DNA from: a virus
Taxonomy: Duplodnaviria; Heunggongvirae; Uroviricota; Caudoviricetes
Virus record (IMG/VR): IMGVR_UViG_3300031555_005503
Coordinates: 1 to 41,351 of that record
Length of the DNA stretch: 41,351 nucleotides
Strand: one strand, 5' to 3'
Under the pieces are notes generated by a model that saw only the letters and a list, made by a program, of their open reading frames with translations, was not told where the DNA came from and did not search any database. Within the stretch, counting starts at the first letter, position 1. Every line of letters begins with the position of its first letter. Positions 1 through 9,218 of this stretch are shown here, piece after piece. The position numbers and the translations under genes were made by a program.

Positions 1-73
1 CGAGGTAGCTCAATGGTGGAGCAACCGGCTGTTAACCGGTAGGCTGTGGGTTCGAGCCCCACCCTCGGAGCCA
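1..73 (+). tRNA. tRNA-Asn(GTT), first two nt cut off by window edge
   Basis: Anticodon arm ACCGG-CTGTTAA-CCGGT, T-loop GTTCGAG, acceptor CGAGG/CCTCG, encoded CCA at 71-73. Confidence 0.95.
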
Positions 74-177
74 TTTGCAGTTGTTAGATTTTCGTCTGCG
101 TTAATTAAATATGAAAATTGGCGATGAGAGTTAGTACAAATTAGAGAGTCAATAGATGCATCGCCACTCTCTACTAC

Positions 178-253
178 GCACGCATGGCTCAACTGGCAGA
201 GCAGCTGATTTGTAATCAGCAGGTTGGGGGTTCGATTCCCTCTGCGTGCTCCA
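178..253 (+). tRNA. tRNA-Thr(TGT)
   Basis: Acceptor GCACGCA/TGCGTGC, anticodon arm GCTGA-TTTGTAA-TCAGC, GTTCGATT T-loop, encoded CCA. Confidence 0.97.
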
Positions 254-257
254 ACAT

Positions 258-332
258 GGTCTCGTGGGCAAGTGGTTAAGCCATCGCCCTTTCACGGCGA
301 TAACCCGAGTTCGAGTCTCGGCGGGATCACCA
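258..332 (+). tRNA. tRNA-Glu(TTC)
   Basis: Acceptor GGTCTCG/CGGGATC, anticodon arm TCGCC-CTTTCAC-GGCGA, GTTCGAG T-loop, encoded CCA. Confidence 0.95.
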
Positions 333-335
333 TTT

Positions 336-412
336 GGCACTGTAGTTCAGTTGGTTAGAATGCCAGCCTGTCACGCTGGAGGTCACGGGTTCGAGCCCCG
401 TCAGTGTCGCCA
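336..412 (+). tRNA. tRNA-Asp(GTC)
   Basis: Acceptor GGCACTG/CAGTGTC, anticodon arm CCAGC-CTGTCAC-GCTGG, GTTCGAG T-loop, encoded CCA. Confidence 0.97.
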
Positions 413-423
413 AACTTTTACCA

Positions 424-450
424 TAGGGGCAATCTCTCCCCTACTCTTTT
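424..450 (+). terminator. Intrinsic terminator-like hairpin after tRNA cluster
   Basis: TAGGGG/CCCCTA stem followed by CTCTTTT. Confidence 0.55.
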
Positions 451-454
451 ATAT

Positions 455-489
455 GCGGGTCATTATTGGCCCGCCCTCTCTCTTTTTTT
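455..489 (+). terminator. Second tandem terminator-like hairpin
   Basis: GCGGGTCA/TGGCCCGC stem, then pyrimidine run ending in T7. Confidence 0.6.
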
Positions 490-539
490 GATTGAAGTGA
501 TAAAGTGAAAATGTGATGATGCGATAAGGAGGTGTGGCA

Positions 540-1679
540 ATGCCACCAAAGAAAAAAGTCGCAACTAAAAGTGCAAAGAATTCTGTAAATGGAGATATTA
601 AAGTTTATCGTTGCTGTACATGTGGCAGAGAAGAAACAATTCCAGACAGAAAATTTTATAAATTAACTTATTCTCCTGATCATAAAGGTAATGATTCATA
701 TGCACATATATGCGTTGATTGTGTTAAAGAAGAATTTATTAGATTATCTAAGCGATATAGTGATAAATTTGCGACAATTGTTATTTGCGCAAAGCTTAAT
801 GTTCCATTTTATAGAAGTTTATATGAATCAGTACATAGAAGTCAGGACGCTTTTAGTTTTGGACATTATATTAGACAGACTAATAATAAACAGTATTCCG
901 GTAAAACATTCGCCCTTACTCTTTACGATGGCGAATTAGAAGTGACCAAGAAAGAATCTGAGGAGGCTGCTGAAGAATTATCAGAAACTAATTGGTCTGT
1001 TGATGAAAGACGAGCGAAGAATGAAGTAATTACCATGATGGGATACGATCCATTTGATGGTTATGCTCCTAAAATTAGAAAGAAGTTGTTTACTGAATTA
1101 CTTGGTTATCTTGATGATGATGAGTTGTTAAGTGACAACTATAAATTAGCTCAGATAATACAAGTTATAAATAATAATTTACAAATAAATCAATATGATG
1201 TTGCCATATCTAGATTAAACCCATCTAAAGATGTTGATGAAATTAGAGAACTCAACAAGATTAAAAAGGAGCTTGTTGCCAGTAATGAAAAGATTGCCAA
1301 GGAAAATGGAATATCTGTTAAAGGTCGTGGCGATCAAAAGGCTGGCAAAGGTACATTAACTGGATTAATGAGAGATATGCGTGAAAAGGATATTGAATCT
1401 GCAGAAGTTAATTTCTATAACCAGTTAATATCCCCTGCGAGTAGATGGGCTGCAGATATAAGTATGCAAGCAATGATTGATAATATTCAACTTGATGAAA
1501 ATGATATCAATGATATTATCGAGATGCAGCGTTCTAAGCTTGCGGAGTATCAAGATGAAAATGATGCTTTAAAAGAAGAACGTCGATTATGGAAAGTTGA
1601 AGAAATCAAGTCAAAAGAAAAAATTAAAAAACTTGAAGAACAAGTTCTTGCATTAGGTGGTGAATTATTAGATGGCTAA
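540..1679 (+). CDS. Putative terminase small subunit with N-terminal Cys4 zinc-binding motif
   Basis: SD AAGGAGG 7 nt before ATG 540 (track starts at GTG 534); CTC..C and CVDC motifs; C-terminal coiled coil; overlaps the TerL start. Function from position only. Confidence 0.6.
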   Translation: MPPKKKVATKSAKNSVNGDIKVYRCCTCGREETIPDRKFYKLTYSPDHKGNDSYAHICVDCVKEEFIRLSKRYSDKFATIVICAKLNVPFYRSLYESVHRSQDAFSFGHYIRQTNNKQYSGKTFALTLYDGELEVTKKESEEAAEELSETNWSVDERRAKNEVITMMGYDPFDGYAPKIRKKLFTELLGYLDDDELLSDNYKLAQIIQVINNNLQINQYDVAISRLNPSKDVDEIRELNKIKKELVASNEKIAKENGISVKGRGDQKAGKGTLTGLMRDMREKDIESAEVNFYNQLISPASRWAADISMQAMIDNIQLDENDINDIIEMQRSKLAEYQDENDALKEERRLWKVEEIKSKEKIKKLEEQVLALGGELLDG

Positions 1680-3513
1680 AAAAGTCATATTAACTACCGC
1701 AAGAAGAAGATTGTATGAGTTAGATGCTCGTACTCTCAATTATTATAGAAGAAACCCAGTAATCGCCTGTGAAGATTTACTGGGTATTTATTTATCTGAT
1801 TCTCAAGCTTGGGTATTACAAGCATCTTGGAATACAAGTAAAGCTGTATGGTCTTGCAGTAGAAACTGGGGTAAATCGTTCATGATTGCTATTTATTGTA
1901 TACTGCGAGCCATACTTTATTCTAATCAGAATATATATATAATTTCCTCGGTTGGTAATCAAGCTAAAGAAACATTTACTAAGATCGAAGAAATTTGTTT
2001 GAAAGTTGGTAGAACTGCAGAAAGTATTCCTGATCTTAAAGATATAGTAATGTTTGAGACGGAAGGTAATTCTAAAAACCCTTCTGGTTTTAAACATGAT
2101 CCCGCTGGATATGAAGTTAAGTTTCATTCTGGGTCAAAAATTGTAACTCTTAATAGTAAGCCGGATAATGTAAGAGGTAAACGTGCGAATCTCATTGTTT
2201 ACGATGAATGTGCATTTGTAGATAATGAGCTTATCATTGCCACTACCCCATTCGTATCTCAGGATGCTGATGCGAAATACGGTAAAGATGCTGCTAAAGA
2301 AAAAGATACTGCATGTAGACAACCGTATAATCAGATAATTATGGCTTCTTCACAAAATACAATTGATTGTTATTTTTATAAAGAATTTAAAAATGTGGCT
2401 AAGCAGATGCTGGCCGGTGATAAAACTGTATTCTGTGCAGATATGCCATGTACAACTTCGCTAAAAATGTACATGAAGGGCGAAGAAGTTGCGCCACTTC
2501 TTAAGCAAAGTGTAGTTGATGCGGCTATAAAATCAGATCCAGAAAAAGCTCGTCGAGAATATTATAATAAACCTGATCTTACTGGTGGTACAAATCAGAT
2601 TATTAAATGGAATGTAATGAGAAATAATGAAACTCAAATTATTCCTTATTCTGATTGTAAAGGTAAGAAAATAATTCTCGGCTTCGACCCCGCAAGAACT
2701 GGGGATAATAGTATTATGATTGCCATGGAAATTGAAGAAGATCCTGAGTTAGGAATCTGTGGTAATGTCATAGGATGCACAAATTTTATAGATTTAGCAT
2801 CTGCAAAGAAATACAAACTGGACTCAAACCGTCAACTTGCTGAAATACGTAATATTATTTTAGGATACAATGGTAATAATCCAGATTATGAATATTTAGA
2901 CACCCTACTTATCGATAGCGGTAGTGGTGGTGGCGGTACTTCTACATACGCCGATCAATTATTAAATGATTTTACAGATGTAAATGGTAAAATTCATCAT
3001 GGTCTTATAGATGCGTCGCATGATTTATACTCAGGATATCGAGGCCGTTATCCAAATGCTATAGATAAACTTCGTTTGATAAGTCCACGAAAATATAGAA
3101 CTCAAATGGTTGAAGAATTTATTGAACTTATGGAACTTGGAGTAATTCGTTTTCCATATCAATATAATGGACAAGAGTTTTTAAAGGTTCTCAAGGGTGT
3201 TGATCCTGAAACAGATGAAGAGATTATGGAAACATATAATCTTTCTCAAGATGAAATAGTTCATTTAAATCAAATAGACCTAATGAAAACAGAGATATGC
3301 TCTATACATAAATCTACAAATGCAGAAAATACGAGTGTTACTTATAGCTTGCCACGTGAGAAGCAGAATATTATGCATGATGACCGCTTCTATACTATGC
3401 TTCTTTGCGCACATCGTCTTTATGAACTGCGCCGAGGTAAAACTATACGTGATAATCGTCGTAAACGCGATATGTCGAAATTTGTGCAATTTAGAGCGCC
3501 AAAAATCTTTTAG
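1672..3513 (+). CDS. terL: Terminase large subunit
   Basis: Walker A-like SRNWGKS, RGKRANLIVYDE Walker B, RNase H-like ILGFDPARTGDNS, DSGSGGG and HDDRFY motifs. Confidence 0.95.
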   Translation: MAKKVILTTARRRLYELDARTLNYYRRNPVIACEDLLGIYLSDSQAWVLQASWNTSKAVWSCSRNWGKSFMIAIYCILRAILYSNQNIYIISSVGNQAKETFTKIEEICLKVGRTAESIPDLKDIVMFETEGNSKNPSGFKHDPAGYEVKFHSGSKIVTLNSKPDNVRGKRANLIVYDECAFVDNELIIATTPFVSQDADAKYGKDAAKEKDTACRQPYNQIIMASSQNTIDCYFYKEFKNVAKQMLAGDKTVFCADMPCTTSLKMYMKGEEVAPLLKQSVVDAAIKSDPEKARREYYNKPDLTGGTNQIIKWNVMRNNETQIIPYSDCKGKKIILGFDPARTGDNSIMIAMEIEEDPELGICGNVIGCTNFIDLASAKKYKLDSNRQLAEIRNIILGYNGNNPDYEYLDTLLIDSGSGGGGTSTYADQLLNDFTDVNGKIHHGLIDASHDLYSGYRGRYPNAIDKLRLISPRKYRTQMVEEFIELMELGVIRFPYQYNGQEFLKVLKGVDPETDEEIMETYNLSQDEIVHLNQIDLMKTEICSIHKSTNAENTSVTYSLPREKQNIMHDDRFYTMLLCAHRLYELRRGKTIRDNRRKRDMSKFVQFRAPKIF

Positions 3514-3528
3514 AAAGGAGGAATTAGT

Positions 3529-5085
3529 TTGGCAGATGGTAAAGGACAGCGTATTGATCCGATTAATTCAAGTGAAACGTCTCAATTATCTGAAAAACAG
3601 AAGGAAGATAGTTTACAAAAAGAGAAACGTTATCAGCAATTTCGTCAGATAATGTACGCTGCCACAAATCAATTACAATTTGGAAACCTGCTTAAGACAG
3701 TTACTCCAACATATACTCAGTATACTAAAGAAAATTATCGTACATATATTCAGAATCCGAGTAGAAATGAAAAGGATATTAGAGCAATGTCACAGTTTTT
3801 AGCTCGTGTTTCTATGCCATATAGACGTATTTTATGGTATACTGCTACAATTTATTCTTTCTATTGGAATTTAATGCCAAAGATTGATATTTCAGATCTT
3901 CCTGATGAAGAAGATTTAATGACGGCTTACAATGAAATGTGTCATAATATTGATAAACTTGAAATGCCGTTAGAAATGACAAATATTCTCTATTTTATGC
4001 TTAGAGATGGAATATTTTATGGATTTTTATATGAAGATGATGAATCAATCTTTATTCATAGATTAAATCCAGATTATTGTAGACCAGTCCAGATTGAGGC
4101 TGGTGTTTTAAATTTTGCATTTGATTACAGTTATTTTAAGAAATATCCAGAAGCGCTTGAAACGTGGGATAGCTCATTCCAATCCGGATATAATGCTTAC
4201 GATAAAGATAATACAAATATGCGTTGGCAGATCCTCGATCCTGAAAGAACAATTTGTATTAAAGCAGATCCTGACTTAGATGAAATACTTCCCTTCTTTG
4301 TTGGTATTTTTGAGGCTCTTATTGATCTTATTGATGCTAGAACATTACAACGTAATAAAGATATCATTCAGAACTATAAGTTAATTACTCAGAAGATTCC
4401 AATCTTTAATGATGATGGTGCAAAAACAACCGACGATTTCAAATTAGAATATGATACTGTAATGAAATTTGCAAATGTGCTTCAGGAAAGTGTTCCTGCA
4501 GCGGTTGGAGTTGCTACTACTCCAATGGAAATTGACACTATAGATTTTAAAACAGATGATAACAGCAGTGACTTAAATGCAGCTTCGATGCGTCAGATTT
4601 TTGACGATTCTGGTGTATCCCAACTTTTATTTAATTCAGGTTCTACAGGATCAACAGGTGTTGATGCTTCTGTTAAAACAGATGCTGCTCTCACCTATCA
4701 ATGGGTTAAGCAAATTGAGCGCTGGGTTAAGCGTTTTATCAATTATCGTAAAGGGCAGATTTCATTTGATTTTGAAATTTTAGATGTGCATATATGGAAT
4801 AAGGACGCCGCTGTGGAGCGTGAACTTAAACTTGCTAATAGTGGTGTGCCAAATAAAATGAAGCTTGCGGCAACTGCTGGAATGAGTCCTATGGAAGTAA
4901 TTTCTGGACAACTTTGGGAAAATCAATTTCTTAAAATTCATGAAAATTGGATTCCATTGCAAACATCTTATACTATGTCTGGTGAAACTGGACGCCCTTC
5001 TAATGAACAAACGGGCAAAGTTAATGATAGTACAGATGCGAATAAAGATTCTGGAGAAAACGCAAGTAACTCTGTAGAGGAGTAA
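3529..5085 (+). CDS. Portal protein
   Basis: 518 aa directly after TerL; TTG start with AGGAGG SD; LRDGIFYGFLYED and RLNPDYCR segments typical of this phage type; synteny. Confidence 0.8.
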   Translation: MADGKGQRIDPINSSETSQLSEKQKEDSLQKEKRYQQFRQIMYAATNQLQFGNLLKTVTPTYTQYTKENYRTYIQNPSRNEKDIRAMSQFLARVSMPYRRILWYTATIYSFYWNLMPKIDISDLPDEEDLMTAYNEMCHNIDKLEMPLEMTNILYFMLRDGIFYGFLYEDDESIFIHRLNPDYCRPVQIEAGVLNFAFDYSYFKKYPEALETWDSSFQSGYNAYDKDNTNMRWQILDPERTICIKADPDLDEILPFFVGIFEALIDLIDARTLQRNKDIIQNYKLITQKIPIFNDDGAKTTDDFKLEYDTVMKFANVLQESVPAAVGVATTPMEIDTIDFKTDDNSSDLNAASMRQIFDDSGVSQLLFNSGSTGSTGVDASVKTDAALTYQWVKQIERWVKRFINYRKGQISFDFEILDVHIWNKDAAVERELKLANSGVPNKMKLAATAGMSPMEVISGQLWENQFLKIHENWIPLQTSYTMSGETGRPSNEQTGKVNDSTDANKDSGENASNSVEE

Positions 5086-5091
5086 TGATAA

Positions 5092-5262
5092 ATGTTTATA
5101 TATACAAAAAATAAACGAGTAATTAAGCAGCTTGAAAGTGATGGTTGTAAATTACTTAAAGAATGCAATGATGGTGTGAAAATTTACGCTCTGTCCCCTT
5201 CCTCTACTTTTATATTTGAAAAGCAAAAGAATACTTGGGTAAGTAATAAACTTACTTTTTAA
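5092..5262 (+). CDS. Small hypothetical protein (56 aa, MFIYTKNKRV...SNKLTF), below ORF-track cutoff
   Basis: AGAGGAG SD 9 nt upstream; fills the portal-protease gap. Confidence 0.7.
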   Translation: MFIYTKNKRVIKQLESDGCKLLKECNDGVKIYALSPSSTFIFEKQKNTWVSNKLTF

Positions 5263-5292
5263 TGGCTCGGCTATAATGTCGGGCCATTTTTT
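5261..5292 (+). terminator. Intrinsic terminator-like hairpin
   Basis: AATGGCTCGGC/GTCGGGCCATT stem, TATAAT loop, T-run. Confidence 0.7.
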
Positions 5293-5323
5293 AATTCAAA
5301 AATCGAGGAAAGGAGGAGAACAC

Positions 5324-6970
5324 TTGGAGCCAAAAAATATGAAAATTGAGTTTTCCTCTGCACTGATTGATATAGCAGAAAGAAACCCGTCTTTTGATAT
5401 TGGAAAACTTAGAGTTGCGTATACGGGTAAAAATCGCAACAACACTTTTATTAGTAAAGAATCCTTTGAGAGAGCCATTCCTACGATGTTTAATTGCCCT
5501 GTTGTGGCTAATTATAATCGCAAGAAAGATGAAATTGGTTCTCACGATGGTGAATTTATAAAGAACAAAGATGGAGATACAGTTTATGTAAATATTACAC
5601 AGCCAGTCGGTCTTGTGCCTGAATCTGCACACTGGAACTGGGAAACTGTGGAAGATAACGGCGTAATGCATCAATATCTTTGTACTGAAGTAGTACTTTG
5701 GAAACGTCAGGAAGCTTATACAAAGTTAAAAGAGTCTGGCGTGACAAAGCAATCTATGGAAATCGAAGTAACTAGAGGTGAAATGCTCGACGATTACTAC
5801 GATATAAAAGATTTTTGCTTCACGGCTTTTTGTTTGCTTGGCACTGCAGAGCCGTGTTTCGAATCTGCTGCCCTATTTACTTTTGCAGAGCAAGAGGATT
5901 TTAAGGCGCAATACACGGAAATGCTTAAGGAATTTAAGCTCGCATTTGCAAGTGCCAATGAAAATGACAAAAAGGAGGGAAACGAAAAGTTGAAACTCAA
6001 AGAACTTTTAGAAAAGTATTCAGTTGCCGAAGAAGATCTTAAGTTTGAAACTGAAGGCTTATCTGACGACGAATTAGAAGCAAAGTTTGCTGAAGAATTT
6101 GAAGAACAAAAGAAAAAGGATGATGCTGATTCAGATCCTGAACCAGAAGAAGATCCAGAAGAAAAGCCTGAAGAAGAACCGGAAGATCCTGAGGTTGAAT
6201 CTGAAGAAGAAGTAGAACCGGTTTCTGAAGAAGAACCTGTTAATGAACCAGAGCCTGAAGAAGAACCGGCTGAAGAACCTGCTTCTGAAGAAAATGGCGA
6301 AGAATTTGCGCTTAATTCTCAGATTGGAGAATCACTTAGAGAAGCAGTTGCTGGACTTGAGCTTATTGAAGCTGAATGGGGTTCTTATTCAAGATACTGG
6401 ATGGTTGATTATGATGAATCTGCTAGTGAAGTTTATTTCTATGATGGAAACGATTATAAGCTTTACGGTTGTGGATATACTTTTGACGGTGACGATGTAA
6501 ATGTAGATTTTTCAAATATCAAGAGAAAGAAGTATAGCATTGTTGACTATGTTGAAGGTACTACTGAACAGGATTTCTCACTGTTTAGTCTGATTGATTC
6601 TTTCAATGAAAAGTATGCTGATATTAAACTAGATACTGCTGAATTTGAAAGACTAAGAAAATTTGAAGAAGATATTCTGGCTGCTAATAGAAAAGCAGAA
6701 GAAGAAGCTCTTTTTGAAAAATTTGAAGATAAGTTAAAAGATAATGATGAATTTAAAGCTCTTAAGGAAAAGGCTGCTGAGTATGAACTCGACGCTTTAG
6801 AAAAAGAGCTTTTTGCTTTAGTTGGAAAGATTGATTTCTCATTCTCACTGAACAAAGAAGAAAAAGTAAAGCCAATGGTTGGATTTGAAGCACTTTTTGC
6901 AAGAGAAGAATCTTCTGACGATGATTCCATGAACAAGTTTATGGAAAAGCAATTAAAGAAAAGTAACTAA
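5324..6970 (+). CDS. Prohead protease-scaffold fusion
   Basis: TTG at 5324 with AGGAGG SD (track's 5276 start lies inside a hairpin); N-terminal VAYTGKNRNNT, IGSHD, QSMEIEV, FTAFCLLG..EPCFESA motifs; acidic linker and helical C-terminus; lies between portal and capsid genes. Confidence 0.75.
   Translation: MEPKNMKIEFSSALIDIAERNPSFDIGKLRVAYTGKNRNNTFISKESFERAIPTMFNCPVVANYNRKKDEIGSHDGEFIKNKDGDTVYVNITQPVGLVPESAHWNWETVEDNGVMHQYLCTEVVLWKRQEAYTKLKESGVTKQSMEIEVTRGEMLDDYYDIKDFCFTAFCLLGTAEPCFESAALFTFAEQEDFKAQYTEMLKEFKLAFASANENDKKEGNEKLKLKELLEKYSVAEEDLKFETEGLSDDELEAKFAEEFEEQKKKDDADSDPEPEEDPEEKPEEEPEDPEVESEEEVEPVSEEEPVNEPEPEEEPAEEPASEENGEEFALNSQIGESLREAVAGLELIEAEWGSYSRYWMVDYDESASEVYFYDGNDYKLYGCGYTFDGDDVNVDFSNIKRKKYSIVDYVEGTTEQDFSLFSLIDSFNEKYADIKLDTAEFERLRKFEEDILAANRKAEEEALFEKFEDKLKDNDEFKALKEKAAEYELDALEKELFALVGKIDFSFSLNKEEKVKPMVGFEALFAREESSDDDSMNKFMEKQLKKSN
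6134..6290 (+). repeat. Glu/Pro low-complexity linker (PEEE-type degenerate repeats)
   Basis: DPEPEEDPEEKPEEEPEDPEVESEEEVEPVSEEEPVNEPEPEEEPAEEPASEE; recurring GAAGAACC. Confidence 0.8.
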
Positions 6971-6984
6971 GGAGGATATAAAAA

Positions 6985-7515
6985 ATGGCAAGAGAAAAGT
7001 ATGGATATGCTGAATCTAGCACTCTGAGAGCTACAGTTGCTGGCCCTATTAGAAGTGCTGTAAATCCAGATATGGCTCTCGAGAATGGGATGCATTTAAC
7101 AATTGGTCAGCTGACTGATATTACAAATAGCGAGGAAATTTATGATGTAGCACTGCCTACAGCAAAGGATGCAATCGTACTGGTTCTGTCCGCACTGACT
7201 GCTTATGATACAACAACTACTCTGGGACAGCATGAAATGTACCTGAGAAAGGAAGCTGGATTCCCAGCAAGAGTTTATTTCATTTATGAAGCTGATAGAT
7301 ATAAGGTTGCTGACTATTGCGTTACTCCTATTGCTGAAGTTCCTGTAGCTAAGAATCTGGTTGTTGTTGATACTGAAACTGGCTTCCTGAAGGAAATCGC
7401 TGCTGGTTCAGACATTGCTGATTATGGTTATGTTGGTGAAATCGAAGGTATCGAATATAAGTCAAACCTGACTCTTGTAAAGATCAGAGTTCTGAAGAAT
7501 GAAACTGTAGCTTAA
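6985..7515 (+). CDS. Probable head decoration protein
   Basis: 176 aa immediately upstream of major capsid gene; LENGM motif; high-expression codon style. Confidence 0.6.
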   Translation: MAREKYGYAESSTLRATVAGPIRSAVNPDMALENGMHLTIGQLTDITNSEEIYDVALPTAKDAIVLVLSALTAYDTTTTLGQHEMYLRKEAGFPARVYFIYEADRYKVADYCVTPIAEVPVAKNLVVVDTETGFLKEIAAGSDIADYGYVGEIEGIEYKSNLTLVKIRVLKNETVA

Positions 7516-7549
7516 TTACAGGAAAATTTTACGAAAGGGGTAAAAAATA

Positions 7550-8569
7550 ATGAATGAAATCACAAGATTAATGCTGAATACTTCATATGGACTGCCTACT
7601 GGTAAGTTCTCTATCGAAGATTCTAATAAGGCAATTAGAGCATATATGGCAGCTGAACTGGGAATTCCAGAAGGCGCAAAGGCAACTGAAATTAGAAAGC
7701 TGATGAGATATAATGACAGAAAGATTAGACTGTATGAAATCATTGAAGAAACAGTTGAAAATCTGCTCGTATCTGGTTGGACTGATAATGAATTCTTCAA
7801 TAGATTTGTAGAATTTAGAAATATGCCACTGGGAGATGAAAATCTGTTCTATGTTCCAGATGAATCAATTCTGACTGTATCTGAATTCTCTGGCGACCAC
7901 AATGATCTGGTTAGACAGAAGCTCGGAGCTGGTTCTGAATATAAGGTTACTGTAAGAGATTATGGTATTAAGGTATATGACGAATTTATCAGATTCCAGG
8001 CTGGTATTATTGACTGGGCTGCTTTTACAAATAAGATGTATGAAGCAATCGATAAGAAGATTAATGATCAGATCTTTGAAGCATTCATGGGTCTTGATAG
8101 CATCGTTCCTGCTGGATATGGTGTTACTGGAGATCTGGATCTGCAGAAGGCTGTTGATTTAGCAGAAGCAGTTTCTACAGCTACTGGCGAAGAAGTTATG
8201 ATCGCTGGTACAAGAACAGCAGTTTCTAGACTGATGAACCTGACTCCATCCGGATGGATTTCCAATGGTATGAAGGATCAGAGAAATACACTTGGTTATG
8301 TTACACACTTTGAAGGAATTGAAACTATGGTAGTTCCTAATGTATTTGAATTAGGTACAACTATTCCTAAGTACCCTAATAACAAGCTGTACTTCCTGCC
8401 TAAGTCAGATGCTAAGCCTATCAAGTTCGTATATGAAGGAGATATGGATTATACTGAAGATACAGATAAGACAACTAGAAAAGACCAGACAGTTGAAGCT
8501 ATGATCCAGTACAAGGCTGGTATCGCAACTGTATTTGGTAAGTACTTTGGTACATACGTATATAGCTAA
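7550..8569 (+). CDS. Major capsid protein
   Basis: 339 aa; YEIIEETV..GW..NEFF..FVEFRN..LGDENLFY, RQKLG and IAGTRTA pattern; position; strong codon bias. Confidence 0.85.
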   Translation: MNEITRLMLNTSYGLPTGKFSIEDSNKAIRAYMAAELGIPEGAKATEIRKLMRYNDRKIRLYEIIEETVENLLVSGWTDNEFFNRFVEFRNMPLGDENLFYVPDESILTVSEFSGDHNDLVRQKLGAGSEYKVTVRDYGIKVYDEFIRFQAGIIDWAAFTNKMYEAIDKKINDQIFEAFMGLDSIVPAGYGVTGDLDLQKAVDLAEAVSTATGEEVMIAGTRTAVSRLMNLTPSGWISNGMKDQRNTLGYVTHFEGIETMVVPNVFELGTTIPKYPNNKLYFLPKSDAKPIKFVYEGDMDYTEDTDKTTRKDQTVEAMIQYKAGIATVFGKYFGTYVYS

Positions 8570-8587
8570 TTTGAGCGAAAATATATT

Positions 8588-8619
8588 GGGCGGATAACCT
8601 CCGCCCTTTTGTTTTTTTT
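8588..8619 (+). terminator. Intrinsic terminator after capsid gene
   Basis: GGGCGGA/TCCGCCC stem plus TTTTGTTTTTTTT. Confidence 0.85.
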
Positions 8620-8636
8620 GAGAAAAGGAGAAAATA

Positions 8637-9203
8637 ATGTCAGAAGAAGTAAAAGTTGTAGCAGCGCCTAAGAAAACTGCAACTAAAAAGAAAACTGCTA
8701 CAAGTACCAAATCAACTACAAGTAAGACTACTAAGCCAAAAGAAAAAAAGTTTGAATTAAATACTTTAATTAAATGTAGAAGTGTTAGACAGAATGAGGT
8801 TTTTTATAAATCTAATTCCGGAGCATCATATGTTTGGGCTGGAGTCGATGATATTAGAGAACTACCTTATCAGGAAATCGTTTCTATGCGAGCTGCTAGG
8901 TCACCATTTTTATACGAACCTTGGATTATTATTGAAGATGAAGATCTCATGAAGAAGCCAGAGTTCCAGAGAGATTTTGGTGATTTATATGCATTATATG
9001 CAGAATTAGACGACCCAAGAAAATTCTTTGAACAGCCTGTAGATGTTATCAAAGAAAAGCTTCATGGGGTTCCAAGTGGTTTTAAAGATTTAATTGTTTA
9101 TAACGCTGGAACTTATATTGAAGATGGAACTTTAGATAGATTAAGTGTAGTTACTGCTTTAGATGAAATGTTTGGTACTAATCTTAAGATGTTAATGATG
9201 TAA
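8637..9203 (+). CDS. Hypothetical head-region protein
   Basis: AAGGAG SD; Lys/Thr-rich N-terminus; position after capsid gene. Confidence 0.6.
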   Translation: MSEEVKVVAAPKKTATKKKTATSTKSTTSKTTKPKEKKFELNTLIKCRSVRQNEVFYKSNSGASYVWAGVDDIRELPYQEIVSMRAARSPFLYEPWIIIEDEDLMKKPEFQRDFGDLYALYAELDDPRKFFEQPVDVIKEKLHGVPSGFKDLIVYNAGTYIEDGTLDRLSVVTALDEMFGTNLKMLMM

Positions 9204-9218
9204 AAGGAGGTGTATTAG

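Noticed and set aside
74-177. Fluoride riboswitch or tRNA-associated HDV-like (theta) ribozyme
   Set aside because: GGCGATG...CTAC ends are suggestive, but the spacing and UAAUG junction do not match the crcB motif; the HDV P1.1/P4/J4-2 elements after P1 are absent
258-332. tRNA-Glu with G11:C24 instead of the usual U11:A24 as a sign of altered identity
   Set aside because: Anticodon and overall fold are normal, and Bacillota non-discriminating GluRS accepts other D-stem pairs, so there is no basis for a recoding claim
10-491. Track ORFs 10..192, 149..340 and 246..491
   Set aside because: They overlap four well-formed tRNA genes and have no SD or protein-like motifs
1672-3513. Intein or intron in TerL
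   Set aside because: 613 aa with contiguous ATPase and nuclease motifs; no splice-junction or homing endonuclease signature
5272-5277. TATAAT in hairpin loop as a sigma-A -10 box
   Set aside because: No TTGACA-like -35 at 16-18 nt and no extended TG motif; not supportable from sequence alone
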